From: Pseudomonadota bacterium | GTDB lineage: Bacteria; Myxococcota; JACRCW01; JAFGSX01 | Reading direction: 5' to 3' | Length of the DNA stretch: 64,000 bases | NCBI GenBank assembly: GCA_043821645.1 | Contig: JBDRCO010000023.1 | Coordinates: forward strand, 32,001-96,000 | In this document: one piece after another, positions 46,001-56,856 of the stretch | Layout of the letters: each line of letters begins with the position of its first letter | Position numbering within the stretch: the stretch's first letter is position 1 | Made by a program: the position numbers and the translations under genes | The notes under the pieces: model-generated | Databases searched by the model: none | What the model saw: only the letters and a program-made list of their open reading frames with translations | Told to the model about the DNA's origin: nothing

Positions 46001-48135
46001 CGCCGACTTCCGTCCTGCTCTGCGTGGTCCTGACCTCACCTGGCGTGACCACGCGCTACCATCAGCTGCCCGACTTCGAATCCCTAGCCCGGGGCGAGCC
46101 CCTGTCTACCATCCTGACCTCGGACGGTGTGGTCACCCTGGGCCCAGCGATCCAGCCCCCGGTCGAGCTCAAGGCAGCGCGCATCCTGGCCGCGATTCCC
46201 GACGGCAAGGGCGGCGTCTTGCTGGCGATGTCCGAGCCAGGGCAGGTCCTTCAGGTCGACCGCAGCGGCGCACGACGGGCGCTGTTCGTGGCGAAGGAGC
46301 CGCTGGTCACAGCCCTGGCGCGCGATGACCGAGGTGTCATCTACGCAGCCACAGCTCCCGAGGGCAAGATCTACAAGATCGATCCCACGCGCAAGGGCGC
46401 CACCGAGTACTTCACGGCGCCGGGCAAATACGTGTGGGCCATGGTTCACGACGGACGCACTCTGTGGGCCGCGCAAGGTCTGGATGGCGCACTGTACAGG
46501 ATCGAGCGAGAGGGCTCGGGTAGCATGGTCGGCACGGTGAAGGAGAAACACCTGCGGGCCCTGGCGCTGGGACCTGCCAAGGGAGGTCGGCGATTGGTGG
46601 CGGGTGGCGGCGAGAAGGGCATCGTCTACGCCCTGCGCGAGGATGGGACGCTGGGAGCCCTCTACGACTCGACTCTCGAGGAGGTCACCTCGCTTGCCGT
46701 CGCGGACGACGGCACGGTGTACGCGGCTGTCGTGAGCGCCAGTGACAAGCCCGGCAGCGACGATCCCGAGAAGCGCAAGGACGTCGCGGAGAGCGGCGGT
46801 GACAAGGAGCCCAAAGCCCGTGAAGTCAAGTCCAGCGAGGTGGTTCGCATCGCTCCCGACGGCGAGGTGCGGCTGCTGTTCAAGTCCCGCACGGATGGCG
46901 CCTACGCCCTGGCCCTGAGTGGTGACCGGCTGTACATCGGAACCGGCGGGCGCGGACGGCTCTACCACGTCGAGCTGGACACCCGGGCCGCCCTCGCCGT
47001 GGACGCCAAGATCGACTCCGCGGAGATCACGGCCCTGGCCGCCGCCAGCGACGGAGTGCTGTGGATCGCGGCCAGCACACCCGGTGCCGTACTGCAGGTG
47101 AGCGCTCCTCTGGCGCGGGAGGGTGTGTATCTGAGCGCAGCCCTCGATGCCAAGCGCAGTGCACGCTACGGCGCTCTGCGTGCGGAGTTCGATGCCCCGG
47201 CCGGGACCTCGCTGGGCTGTGCCCTGCGCCAGGGCAACACCGCCGAGGTGGACGCGAGCTGGGGTCCCTTCGTCGAGGTGGAGCTGAACCGGGCGGGCAC
47301 ACTTCCCCTCGCCAGTCGCTACGTGCAGATCCGCGCCACCCTGCGCGGCACCGGAAGCGTGGCACCGCGACTGCGCAACCTCGAGCTGGCCTACCGGACC
47401 TCCAACCAGCCGCCCCGGATCCAGTCCATCGAGGTGCTGGCGCCCGGGGTTCGCGTCGAGGCCATGCCCGACGACGAGCCCAAGGGCCGGACCTTCAACG
47501 TCTCGAGTTCGGCCTTTGACGACTTTCGCTACACCCCTGGCAAACCGGTGCTGCCGGCGGAGCCCAAGCCCCGCGCCCGGCAGACCTACGAGACCGGCTG
47601 GCGCACCATCGTCTGGAACGCCCAGGACGACGACGGCGACGACCTCAGCGCTGATGTGACCCTGCTTGGCCTCGACGAGAAGTTCGAGCTCCCCCTCGGC
47701 AAGAGCCTGCGCCAGAGCTTCGTGACCTTTGCCTCGGAGCGGCTGCCGGATGGCCGCTACCGCGCCCGGGTCCTGGTGCGCGATGACCCGGACAACGCCA
47801 CGGGTGAGGTCGCCAAGGCCACGCTGGACGGCCCGCCCTTCGTCATCGACCACACCGAGCCCGAGCTGAAGGACCTGCGCGCCGAGCGCAGAGGCAAGCG
47901 CCTGCAGATCCAGCTGGCGGTTCGCGACCGCACGGCCTTGCGGGGTGCCTGGTGTAGCCAGGATGGCCAGGGCTGGATCGCCATGGCCGCCCGGGATGGC
48001 ATGGTGGATGAGCCAGAGGAGAGCTTCGCCGGTGTCCTGGAGCTGGGGTCGGGTCCGCAACGTCCCATCGTCCTTCGCTGCGCGGCCGAGGATCTGGTGG
48101 GCAACCGAGGCCTGGCCGAGATCCGGGTTCGCTGA
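45997..48135 (+). CDS. Exported beta-propeller protein with C-terminal Ig-like domains
   Basis: Repeated blades (VTALARD..GVIYAAT..GKIYKI); NQPP and W.AQDDDGDDL; LPDGRYRARV; ATGA overlap with the S55 gene. Confidence 0.75.
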   Translation: MTPTSVLLCVVLTSPGVTTRYHQLPDFESLARGEPLSTILTSDGVVTLGPAIQPPVELKAARILAAIPDGKGGVLLAMSEPGQVLQVDRSGARRALFVAKEPLVTALARDDRGVIYAATAPEGKIYKIDPTRKGATEYFTAPGKYVWAMVHDGRTLWAAQGLDGALYRIEREGSGSMVGTVKEKHLRALALGPAKGGRRLVAGGGEKGIVYALREDGTLGALYDSTLEEVTSLAVADDGTVYAAVVSASDKPGSDDPEKRKDVAESGGDKEPKAREVKSSEVVRIAPDGEVRLLFKSRTDGAYALALSGDRLYIGTGGRGRLYHVELDTRAALAVDAKIDSAEITALAAASDGVLWIAASTPGAVLQVSAPLAREGVYLSAALDAKRSARYGALRAEFDAPAGTSLGCALRQGNTAEVDASWGPFVEVELNRAGTLPLASRYVQIRATLRGTGSVAPRLRNLELAYRTSNQPPRIQSIEVLAPGVRVEAMPDDEPKGRTFNVSSSAFDDFRYTPGKPVLPAEPKPRARQTYETGWRTIVWNAQDDDGDDLSADVTLLGLDEKFELPLGKSLRQSFVTFASERLPDGRYRARVLVRDDPDNATGEVAKATLDGPPFVIDHTEPELKDLRAERRGKRLQIQLAVRDRTALRGAWCSQDGQGWIAMAARDGMVDEPEESFAGVLELGSGPQRPIVLRCAAEDLVGNRGLAEIRVR

Positions 48136-48200
48136 TTCGTGGTCCCCCTTTTCTGCGCGCCCCTTCGGAGGATATTTCTCGGTACGGGGCGGAGGCGCGG

Positions 48201-49004
48201 TTGACCAAGTGGTTGCTGTTCTCGGCTGTCTGGTGGGTGACCGGTAATCCGATCCTCGCCATCATCGTCATGCTGCTCGCGGCATGGGCCGCCGAGCGCA
48301 CCTTCGTCGGTGTGCTGCCGGACCCCCTGCGCGGATTTCGTGCCTGGCGACAGCGCAGTGAATGGCTGCACTGCATCGAAAACAACCCGGTGGACGGTCC
48401 TTGCCTGCTCTGCCTGGGACGCGACGCCGTGGAGCGCTGGAGACACCGCCAGGCCCATCCCTACCTGCAGCGCGCCCTGGAACGCATGCCCCGGGAGCCC
48501 GAGGCGCGCTACCTGCTCGGTCTGGCCGAGATCGGTTGTCGGGACGTGGAAGCCGGTCTCGTGCGCATCCGCGCCCTGCTCGAGGAGCAACCACGCTACC
48601 GCTTCGGGGAACCCTGGCTCGAGGTGGGCGCGAGGTTGCTGAGCATCGGGGAGCATGTCCAGGCCAGGCAGGCGCTCGAGGGCTTTCTGCAGATCCAGCC
48701 CTCGTCGGTCCGCGGCCATTTCCTGCTCGGTGTGGCCCTGGCCCGCGGCGGCGATCGGGAGGGTTCCCGTCGCGAGAAACGACGGGCCTGGGAAGAGTTC
48801 CTCACCCAGCCGCGCTTCCGCCGCAAGGTGGACCGGCGCTACGCCTGGCGTGCCAACCCTTCGCGACCGCTGCTCTATGCCGCCATCGCCGCGGTGCTGT
48901 CCCTCGTCCTGGGCGCAGGCCTGTGGCAGGTGGCGCCCAGACTGCGGCAGTCGGTGCAGCCGCCTCCCATCAGTGACGTCGACGAGGGCGATCCTGCTCC
49001 CTGA
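48201..49004 (+). CDS. TPR-repeat membrane protein
   Basis: GGAGG RBS with TTG start; N- and C-terminal TM segments; TPR-like EARYLLGLA and GHFLLGVALA. Confidence 0.75.
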   Translation: MTKWLLFSAVWWVTGNPILAIIVMLLAAWAAERTFVGVLPDPLRGFRAWRQRSEWLHCIENNPVDGPCLLCLGRDAVERWRHRQAHPYLQRALERMPREPEARYLLGLAEIGCRDVEAGLVRIRALLEEQPRYRFGEPWLEVGARLLSIGEHVQARQALEGFLQIQPSSVRGHFLLGVALARGGDREGSRREKRRAWEEFLTQPRFRRKVDRRYAWRANPSRPLLYAAIAAVLSLVLGAGLWQVAPRLRQSVQPPPISDVDEGDPAP

Positions 49005-49205
49005 CGCGACAGTGTCGCCGACCACCCGCGCAGCCGCGTGTCGTGGTTGCAGCCGGGGCGGACCGGACCGCGGGCATCCGCTGGGCTGGCGGCACTTCGC
49101 ATCGTTGCATGGCCAACAGCGGCCACCAGGTCGACACCACGGGCCGGTCCGCGACACCGCGAGGGATCGACCTGCCCTGAGTCTGGGCATACCATTCCCG
49201 TGCTC

Positions 49206-50672
49206 ATGACACCCACGACGCAGGCAGGAACTGCCAGGATCTTGCCAGTGGCTGTGCTTGGCGAGCTTGCCATTGCGGCCTGCGTTGTACTCTGGCTGGG
49301 GATCGCGGCGCTGCATCCCCCGGCCTGGGGGCTGATGGACGATCACAATCACCTGTTCAGAGAGTGTCCGGCGATCGCGCACGAAGGCTTCTTTTCATTC
49401 TATCTTGGCTTTCTCAGGCATGACCTCGTCAATCGTGAGTTCGTACGAATCATCTACCCGTTGCAAGTCATCCTCCAGTATTGCCACCAGCAGCCCTGGC
49501 TCGCGGCACTCTTTAGTCTGCTGGTGACCCTGTCCGGCACCTGGCTGTTCTTCTTCTGGTGTGCTCGGCTCCTCGAACCCAGACTGCTGCGCACCTCGTC
49601 GCCAACCGCCCGCTTTGTGGCCGCGCTGGGAACCCTCAGCTGCCTCGCCTTCCTGTGGTTCCAGGACTTCTTGCTGCAGTGGTCGCTGCAAGAGAAGTTC
49701 GTTCTTCTTGCCCTGGCCCCGGTGTGCTGGATCTTGTTCTCCGCGCGTGTGCAGTCCATGAGACCGGTGCCCTTCACTCTCGTCAGCGCAGCACTCATCG
49801 GGTTCGGCCTCGCGATCAAGGGGCAGTTCGCGATCGCGCTTCCCCTGGTCATCGGCTGGCAACTCGTTCTGACGCGCCGTTCGGCACCCGCGAGTCGCAG
49901 CTGGCGCGTCGTCGTGCTCTGCATGCTAGGGGCAGTGGGAGGACTGGCACTCAAGATCAGCGCTGCTCGCAGTCCGTACGCTTCGCGCTACACCGTGATG
50001 CAGGGAGTCCAGAACCTCCTGCAGTGGCCAGCCCTCCTCGTCGTGATACCCATGCTGGCGGTGGCCATCCATGCCATCGTGCTGTGGCGCCAGCGACAGG
50101 ACAGGCCTGCAGCGATCGTGCAGGGTTCGCTGGCTCTGTGCCTGGCCGCCTACTTGGTCGTGCTCGGCCCTGTGGGCTGGCGCTACTACGTGCTGGCCTT
50201 CGCCGCACCCTGGCTGGCCTTGCCCTGGGTCCTGTGGGTGTGCGCAGGGTCGCGCCGCGTGCAGCTCGCGGTCCTCGGCGTCACGGCGGCCCTGGCGCTG
50301 GTCGTGACAGGCCATCGCACCTCGCGGGTGCTCACCGGCAAGAACGACATCCATCGCATCGCCGCCTCCCCGGTGCTGGCCGAGCTTGCGCGGAGCAGCG
50401 AGGCCCTTCACGTCCCCTGCGAGGAGGGCTCTGTCGCCATGCGCCGCTACATCGACGAAGCACAGGGTGCAGCAGCACCCACAGTCCTCGGTCCCGGAGC
50501 ACAGGGCGAAGGAGCACCGACCGCGACGGTGTGGTTCTTCGACGACAAGAACTGTCCGCTGAGCGCCTTGCAGCGGGAGTGGGCGGGCCGGCCTCTCGAG
50601 GTGCTTGTGGCCCCGAGCTTCCCCGGTGGCTTCACGGTGCAGCGCCTGGGACCACCGCGGGATCCTCCCTGA
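49206..50672 (+). CDS. Polytopic membrane protein, possibly a GT-C-type glycosyltransferase
   Basis: About 11 TM segments; acidic MDD motif just after TM1; late RYY motif; soluble C-terminal domain. Start uncertain. Confidence 0.55.
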   Translation: MTPTTQAGTARILPVAVLGELAIAACVVLWLGIAALHPPAWGLMDDHNHLFRECPAIAHEGFFSFYLGFLRHDLVNREFVRIIYPLQVILQYCHQQPWLAALFSLLVTLSGTWLFFFWCARLLEPRLLRTSSPTARFVAALGTLSCLAFLWFQDFLLQWSLQEKFVLLALAPVCWILFSARVQSMRPVPFTLVSAALIGFGLAIKGQFAIALPLVIGWQLVLTRRSAPASRSWRVVVLCMLGAVGGLALKISAARSPYASRYTVMQGVQNLLQWPALLVVIPMLAVAIHAIVLWRQRQDRPAAIVQGSLALCLAAYLVVLGPVGWRYYVLAFAAPWLALPWVLWVCAGSRRVQLAVLGVTAALALVVTGHRTSRVLTGKNDIHRIAASPVLAELARSSEALHVPCEEGSVAMRRYIDEAQGAAAPTVLGPGAQGEGAPTATVWFFDDKNCPLSALQREWAGRPLEVLVAPSFPGGFTVQRLGPPRDPP

Positions 50673-50779
50673 TCTCGCCGCCGAGGGCGCTGCGGGGCAG
50701 AGGCTGGCTTGGACCTTGCTGATTGAGCAGTATATTCGCGGTGCCCATGTGGCGGAACATCGCCGCCGAGATAGCTGCA

Positions 50780-52123
50780 ATGAACGAAGAGCACGACGAG
50801 AAAAAGACCACGCGCGCCCCCACCGGGAGACTGGAGCGCCTGTTCAAGCTCTCTGGCACCGCCACCGGCGTGGCTGCACGCTTGGCGGGCGAGCGCCTGT
50901 TGGAGAAACTCGTCCCCCCGCAGCGGCGCGCCGGAATGCGCAAGAAGGCTCTGACCCGCAGCGGTGAGCAGATGGTCGAGATGATGGGCCAGCTCAAGGG
51001 CGCGGCCATGAAGGTCGGCCAGATGCTGTCCGTGGATCCCGAGGCCATGCCGCCGGAAATCCAGCAAGCCCTGGCCACCCTGCAACGCTCGGCCCCGCCC
51101 ATGGATTACGAGCAGGTTGTGGCCCAGATCGAGTCCGCCCTCGAACAACCCATTCACCAGGTCTTCAAGTACTTCGATCCGGATCCGGTGGGAGCTGCAT
51201 CCATCGGTCAGGTTCACCGTGCGGAGACCTTTGACGGCCGAGTGGTTGCGGTCAAGGTGCAGTACCCTGGCATCGCCGACACCCTGGAGTCTGACCTCAA
51301 GAACCTGGCCTCGCTGATGACCATGGCGGGCGTCGTCATGGAGCGCGAGCGCGTCAACAGCTACCTGGCCGAAGTGCGGGACGTCCTGATCGAGGAAAGC
51401 GACTACCTGCACGAGGCGCACAACCTGGCACGCTTTCACGACCTGCTGGCGCCCTACCCCTGGGTGCGCGTGCCCGTTCCCGACCTCGAGCGCACGGCGA
51501 GCACCGTGCTGACCATGGAGTACATTGCCGGACAGAAGCTCGACGACTACCTCGAAGCCATGCCAGCGGGTGAGCAGCGCAACGCCCTGGCCGAGCGCTT
51601 CGTGCAACTCATGGCCACCATGTTCCACGAGCTGCACGAGCTGCATGCGGATCCCCACCCCGGCAACTTCATGGTCGACGACCAGGGGCGCATCGTGCTG
51701 CTCGACTTCGGGTGCGTGCGGCGCTTTCCCGAGACCTTCACCGAGGGCATCATCGAGATTCTGGTCTGCCTGTGGAACGGCGACGCCGAGGAGCTGTTGC
51801 AGACCTACCGCCGCCTCGGCTACGGCACGAGCCGGGTGCAGCACTACGACCCCGAGGTCATCTACGCTTTCACCGAGCTGGTGCTGGCACCCTTTCTCGA
51901 CGACGCGCCCTTTGATTTTGGAGCCTGGGACGTGCACGAACGCATCCGCGAGCTGTTCTTGCACAACATCGAGCTGACGACCTTCGTGCCGCCACGCGAG
52001 GCCATCCTGTACCTGCGCGTGGTGGCCGGTCTGCGCGGCCTGCTCAAGCGGCTGCATATCACCTTCAACGCCGGTCGCATGGGCCGCGACTTCGCGGCGG
52101 CCCATGGCTTTGGTGAATGGTGA
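50780..52123 (+). CDS. ABC1/AarF/UbiB-family atypical kinase
   Basis: LKGAAMKVGQ, AASIGQVHRA, VAVKVQYPG, HADPHPGNF and LLDFG. Confidence 0.92.
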   Translation: MNEEHDEKKTTRAPTGRLERLFKLSGTATGVAARLAGERLLEKLVPPQRRAGMRKKALTRSGEQMVEMMGQLKGAAMKVGQMLSVDPEAMPPEIQQALATLQRSAPPMDYEQVVAQIESALEQPIHQVFKYFDPDPVGAASIGQVHRAETFDGRVVAVKVQYPGIADTLESDLKNLASLMTMAGVVMERERVNSYLAEVRDVLIEESDYLHEAHNLARFHDLLAPYPWVRVPVPDLERTASTVLTMEYIAGQKLDDYLEAMPAGEQRNALAERFVQLMATMFHELHELHADPHPGNFMVDDQGRIVLLDFGCVRRFPETFTEGIIEILVCLWNGDAEELLQTYRRLGYGTSRVQHYDPEVIYAFTELVLAPFLDDAPFDFGAWDVHERIRELFLHNIELTTFVPPREAILYLRVVAGLRGLLKRLHITFNAGRMGRDFAAAHGFGEW

Positions 52124-52170
52124 TCCGGGTGCGGCTCGCATCCGCGAGGGCTGCTCGCTATAAACACTCG

Positions 52171-54012
52171 GTGCCCAGGATCCAGAAGCTCGAAGATGAC
52201 GTGATCGCCCTCATCGCCGCCGGCGAGGTGGTGGAGCGTCCGGCCTCGGTGGTCAAGGAACTGGTCGAGAACGCCCTAGATGCCGGGGCGCGCTCCATCG
52301 AGATCGCGCTCGACGAGGGCGGAGCCAGCCGCATCCAGGTTGTCGACGATGGCTGCGGCATGGCCGCCGACGAGGTGCTCCTGGCCCTCGAGCGCCACGC
52401 CACCAGCAAGATCCGCAGCGCCGAAGACCTGGAGCAAGTGATCACCTTGGGTTTTCGCGGCGAGGCCCTGCCCTCGATTGCCGCGGTCAGCCGACTGCAG
52501 CTGGAGACGCGACCCCGGGCCGAGGACAGCGCGACGCGGGTTCTGGTCGAGGGCGGCGTCGTGCGCAGTCTCGACGAGATGGGCGCACCGGTGGGGACGC
52601 GCATCGCGGTTCGGGACCTGTTCTTCAACACACCGGCCCGCCGCAAGTTCCTCAAGAGCGCAGCCACCGAGACCGCGCGCGCCCACGCCTGCGTGGTGGA
52701 CCTGGCCCTGGCCGCACCGGGTGTACGCTTCGTGTTCGAGAGCAACGGCCGCCGCATGCTGGACGCACCGGCTGCGGCGAGCGACGAAGACGGGCTGCGC
52801 CAGCGCCTGGGCGCGCTGCTCGGTCGCGAGTTCTACCCCGTGCTGTTTCCCTTTGCCGGCGAAGAAAATGGGATTCTCGCCCAGGGCTATTTTGCCGCGC
52901 CCACCCATACACGGCGCGATACCCGGGGCTACCACTTCTTCGTCAACGGTCGCGCCATCAATGACCGCGGTTTGATGTTCGCGGTGCGGCGAGCCTATCG
53001 CACGCTGCTCGACGACGGGCGACACCCCGTGGTGGTGGCCCATCTGCAGGTCCCACCGCAGGACGTCGACGTCAATGTGCACCCCACCAAGCAGGAGGCC
53101 CGCTTTCGCGACGACCGCGCGGTGGCGGATGCCCTGGCCCACGCCATCGCGGCGGCGGCGGCACGCACGCCCTGGGCTGGCAGCGGTCGCACCTACGTGC
53201 TGGCCCAGGCATCGCCGACCGAGGTACGCGACAGGCCCGCCGAGATCCAGGACTGGCACCGGGCCCGCGTTCGCGACGCACTCGACCGCTTTGCGCGACG
53301 CAGCGATGGCGTCGTCCCGCTGGCCCGGGAGAGGGGATCCTCCTGGGGGTATGCCGTAGCGCCTGCCATGCCGGCTACGCCAGGAAGCACACCTGTGTCC
53401 CTCGTCGACACCGATCTGACGGGAGCAGGCTATTTCACGCGGCTCCAGCCGGTCGGTCAGATCTTCAATACCTACCTGGTCTGCCAGCGGGATGGCGCCC
53501 TGGTGCTCGTGGATCAGCACGCGGCGCACGAGCGCATCACCTTCGAGCGCCTGCGCGCCCGACGTCGACGAGGTCGGCTCACCTCGCAACGCTTGCTGGT
53601 CCCGCTGCAGCTCGAACTCGAGCCAGGCTTGCTCGCCGCCGTCGACAGCCAGGGCGATCAGATCGCCGGTTTGGGTTTCGAGCTGGAGCTGTTTGGCGGT
53701 ACCACCCTGTCGGTCCGGGCCGTGCCGTCGGATCTGGGACAGGCGCCGGTCGAGCCCATGGTGCGCGACCTGCTCGCGGAGCTGTCCGCTCACGGCAGCC
53801 AGCTCGCCGGCGAGGAGGCCCTGGATCACGTGTGTGCCACCCTGGCCTGCCACGGCAGCGTGCGCGCCGGTCGTGCGCTGGCTCCCGCCGAGATCCAGGC
53901 GCTGCTGCGCGATCTCGACGGTGTGGATTTCGGCGCTCACTGCCCGCATGGCCGCCCGGTCGCGCGGGAGCTGACCCGTCGCGAGATCGAGCAACTGTTC
54001 GAGCGCGTCTAG
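52171..54012 (+). CDS. mutL: DNA mismatch repair protein MutL
   Basis: IAAGEVVERPASVVKELVENALDA, GFRGEAL, DVNVHPTK, endonuclease motif DQHAAHERITFE, ACH and CPHGRP. Confidence 0.97.
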   Translation: MPRIQKLEDDVIALIAAGEVVERPASVVKELVENALDAGARSIEIALDEGGASRIQVVDDGCGMAADEVLLALERHATSKIRSAEDLEQVITLGFRGEALPSIAAVSRLQLETRPRAEDSATRVLVEGGVVRSLDEMGAPVGTRIAVRDLFFNTPARRKFLKSAATETARAHACVVDLALAAPGVRFVFESNGRRMLDAPAAASDEDGLRQRLGALLGREFYPVLFPFAGEENGILAQGYFAAPTHTRRDTRGYHFFVNGRAINDRGLMFAVRRAYRTLLDDGRHPVVVAHLQVPPQDVDVNVHPTKQEARFRDDRAVADALAHAIAAAAARTPWAGSGRTYVLAQASPTEVRDRPAEIQDWHRARVRDALDRFARRSDGVVPLARERGSSWGYAVAPAMPATPGSTPVSLVDTDLTGAGYFTRLQPVGQIFNTYLVCQRDGALVLVDQHAAHERITFERLRARRRRGRLTSQRLLVPLQLELEPGLLAAVDSQGDQIAGLGFELELFGGTTLSVRAVPSDLGQAPVEPMVRDLLAELSAHGSQLAGEEALDHVCATLACHGSVRAGRALAPAEIQALLRDLDGVDFGAHCPHGRPVARELTRREIEQLFERV

Positions 54013-54019
54013 CCAGTTG

Positions 54020-55150
54020 TCAGCCGTCGTCCGGGGCGCTGTCGCGAGCCTGGCGGTAGATGCGCTCGAGGCGTTCGGCCAACCGCGCCAGCGTGTAGTG
54101 GTCGCCGACGTGCTGCGCTGCGGCCTCACCCAGCTCTGCACAGCGCGCCGGATCGTGCAACAGCTCCTCGAGCGCGGATGCCAGGGCGGACGGATCGCCG
54201 GGCTCCACCAGCATACCGAGCCCGCGCTCCAGGATCTCGGGGATCACACCCACGCGGGTGGCCACCACCGGGCGCCCCGCGGCCATGGCCTCGAGCAGTG
54301 CACGGGCGATGGCCTCGGATCCCAGGGATCCCACGACCACCACGTCCACCGCGGCCAGGAAGCCAGCCACATCGTCGACACGCCCAAGCAGGCGCACGCG
54401 ATCCTGCATGCCGCGGTTCACGAGGTGCTGCCGCAGGCGATCCCCGGATTGGCCCCAGGCCTCACCGGCACACAGCAGCTGCACGCGCAGGCCGCGCCGA
54501 TCCAGCTCGACCATGGCATCGACGACCCCGCGATGACCCTTGACCTCGTCGATCCGCGCCAGCATGCCCAGGACGGGGGTGTTGTCCTCGAGGGTCAGGG
54601 ATCGACGCCAGGCAGCGCCGTCGCCACCACGAACCCGGTCCGCGTCCACACCTCCCCGCAGCACGTGCACACGCGCGCCGGGCACCCCCGCCTTCATCAG
54701 GTCTTCCGCCACCGCCGTCGAGGAAGCCACCACCGCTGCGGCGCTCCGGTACAGCCAGAGGTTCAGCGGGTGCCGCCGCAGACGCTGGGCAGCGCCGCGC
54801 GATCGCACCAGGGGTGCTCGATGGCGCGCCAGGAGCCTGGCCACCGCGGTGAGGGCGTGCGGCGGTGAGCGATAGGCATGCACCACATCGGGTTGCAGCA
54901 CGTCGAGGAGATGGGCGATACGCCGCACGTTGGCGGCCTGAGACAGCGGATTTCCCCCGCGGAGCCCGGGGAGAGGATGCAGCTCCGCGCCTATCGCCTG
55001 GGCGCGCTGCCACAGCGGTGACTCGGGCTGGCACGCGACGTCGACGATCCAGCCACGCTCGACCAGCGCACGCGCATTGAGCAGCAGCTGCTCCGCCTCG
55101 GCGAACCAGTGCCAGGCATCGCTGACCTTGAGCACGCGGTGTGTCGTCAC
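54020..55150 (-). CDS. Glycosyltransferase family 4 (GT-B)
   Basis: ARIDEVKGH and S..EAIARALLEAMAAGRPVVATRVGVIPE. Confidence 0.9.
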   Translation of the reverse strand: MTTHRVLKVSDAWHWFAEAEQLLLNARALVERGWIVDVACQPESPLWQRAQAIGAELHPLPGLRGGNPLSQAANVRRIAHLLDVLQPDVVHAYRSPPHALTAVARLLARHRAPLVRSRGAAQRLRRHPLNLWLYRSAAAVVASSTAVAEDLMKAGVPGARVHVLRGGVDADRVRGGDGAAWRRSLTLEDNTPVLGMLARIDEVKGHRGVVDAMVELDRRGLRVQLLCAGEAWGQSGDRLRQHLVNRGMQDRVRLLGRVDDVAGFLAAVDVVVVGSLGSEAIARALLEAMAAGRPVVATRVGVIPEILERGLGMLVEPGDPSALASALEELLHDPARCAELGEAAAQHVGDHYTLARLAERLERIYRQARDSAPDDG

Positions 55151-55279
55151 GATGGCACGCTAGCGACTGCTGTCGAAGCTGACAAGGGTGCCGAGGACGT
55201 GCCCTTGCTCATCCAGGCCCGCGCCCCTATCATCGCGCGGCTGACGACGGGCCTGGCCCCTGTCCGGTTGAGAGGCGGC

Positions 55280-55950
<671 letters not shown>

Positions 55951-55954
<4 letters not shown>

Positions 55955-56856
55955 GGATCCTACGCTACGCTGCCAGCGTGCTGCGGCGCGCCCTGCGCAA
56001 CCTGGTGGAGCAGCGCCGCCTGCACGTGCTGGCCATCTCGGTCATGGCGCTGAGCCTGAGCGTGCTGGGCACCTTCGTCGTCGTCGCCAGCAACCTGGCG
56101 CGGGTGCGCGGAGAGCTGGGCAGTGAGCAACACCTGACCTCTTTTCTAGCCGCCGGGATCTCCCCGGAGCAGCAGGCGGTGCTGCGCGATCAGGTCCTGC
56201 AGCTGGCCGGCGTCGCCAGCGTCGAACTGCTCGACCCGACCCAGGCTGCCGAGCGTTTTCGCCAGGCCCTGGGTCCTCACGGTGCCATCCTGGACGAGGT
56301 CGGCGACGACGTGATCCCGGCAGCCCTGGTGGTAACGGCGGTCGATGGAAGCACCGTGGCCGGCGTCGAGGAGATCGCGCGCCGCCTTTCCTCCCTGGCT
56401 GGCATCGAGGAAGTGGCCTATGCCCAGGAGGAGATCCAGCGGCTGTCCGCGCTCATCCGCATCATCGAGATCGCGGCGCTCGCCATCGGCGGCTTGATTG
56501 CCCTGGTGACCATCATCGTGGTGTCCAACACCATCCGCCTCACGGTCATGGCGCGAGAGGAGGAGATCGCGATCATGAAGCTCGTGGGAGCCACCGACAG
56601 CTACGTTCGGCTCCCCTTCGTCGTCGAGGGCTTCCTGGGGGGGCTGGTGGCCGGAATGGCCTCGGTGCTCATCGTTTCAGCCCTCGATCTGGCCCTTGCC
56701 CAAGCCCTAGCTCCCGTGGCCTCCGGCGCCTTCGTTCAGTTCGACCTCGCCAACCTCGGCCTGCGCCACGCACTCATGCTGGTGGCCTGCGGTGCCGGGG
56801 TGGGGCTGGTGGGCGGCCTGGTGTCCGTGGGCCGATTCCTGCGGGACAGCTCATGA
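55951..56856 (+). CDS. ftsX: Cell division permease FtsX
   Basis: Four-TM topology; IVVSNTIRLTVMAREEEIAIMKLVGATDSYVRLPFVVEG. Confidence 0.92.

Noticed and set aside
44114-46039. Apparent 1020-aa fusion extending the DUF819 protein
   Set aside because: The extension is antisense to the S55 peptidase gene; the real start is MADTL at 44113, with an RBS.
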